Below, one piece after another: positions 5,178 through 5,180 of a stretch of DNA of 5,180 nucleotides (the stretch's first letter is position 1; each line of letters starts with the position of its first letter). Both the position numbers and the translations under genes were made by a program. The notes beneath the pieces are model-generated. The model was not told where the DNA came from, ran no database searches, and was given only the letters and a program-made list of their open reading frames with translations. The DNA lies in assembly GCA_964617525.1 (NCBI GenBank), contig CAZTWG010000030.1, positions 1-5,180 of the forward strand. The letters are read 5' to 3'. This DNA is from an uncultured Gammaproteobacteria bacterium. Lineage in GTDB: Bacteria; Patescibacteriota; Patescibacteriia; UBA2591; UBA6264.

Positions 5178-5180
5178 TAT

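Noticed and set aside
1-5180. Alternative genetic code (TGA recoded, as in some CPR lineages or mycoplasmas)
   Set aside because: All five complete genes are full-length and family-typical under the standard code with no in-frame TGA needed. The observed stops are only TAA/TAG, which is unsurprising in AT-rich DNA and is not evidence for recoding.
1-5180. CRISPR arrays, defence systems, toxin-antitoxin pairs, transposons
   Set aside because: I found no spaced direct repeats, no terminal inverted repeats and no small adjacent ORF pairs. Every sizeable ORF except the 4-TM protein and the edge HTH ORF has a confident housekeeping assignment.

Overview
AT-rich bacterial window (G+C not computed), compact and mostly housekeeping. 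Minus strand, right to left: (a) a monocistronic small 4-TM membrane protein of unknown function with its own promoter, strong Shine-Dalgarno (SD) site and intrinsic terminator; (b) a probable operon of lepA (EF4), a DivIC/FtsB-like septum protein and a BcrC-like PAP2 phosphatase; (c) rarA/mgsA (AAA+ ATPase); (d) a 5'-partial HTH gene missing from the ORF track and running off the left edge. The only plus-strand genes are two adjacent CAT-anticodon tRNAs (an initiator tRNA-fMet, then an elongator Met or Ile2) behind a near-consensus extended -10 promoter that sits back-to-back with the rarA promoter region. Three supplied ORFs are over-extended through TTG starts and I re-called them: lepA, the 4-TM protein and the DivIC-like ORF. 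I see no CRISPR array, mobile element, defence cassette or convincing novel multi-gene system. The points most worth a second look are an initiator tRNA with a eukaryote-like C33 anticodon loop and only 2 of the 3 hallmark G:C pairs, the orphan membrane gene as the only SD-bearing gene here, and near-leaderless promoter-to-ATG spacing at lepA and the HTH gene. Taxonomy cannot be established; the features fit a small-genome AT-rich lineage such as CPR/Patescibacteria or a Firmicutes-like organism, which is a guess.
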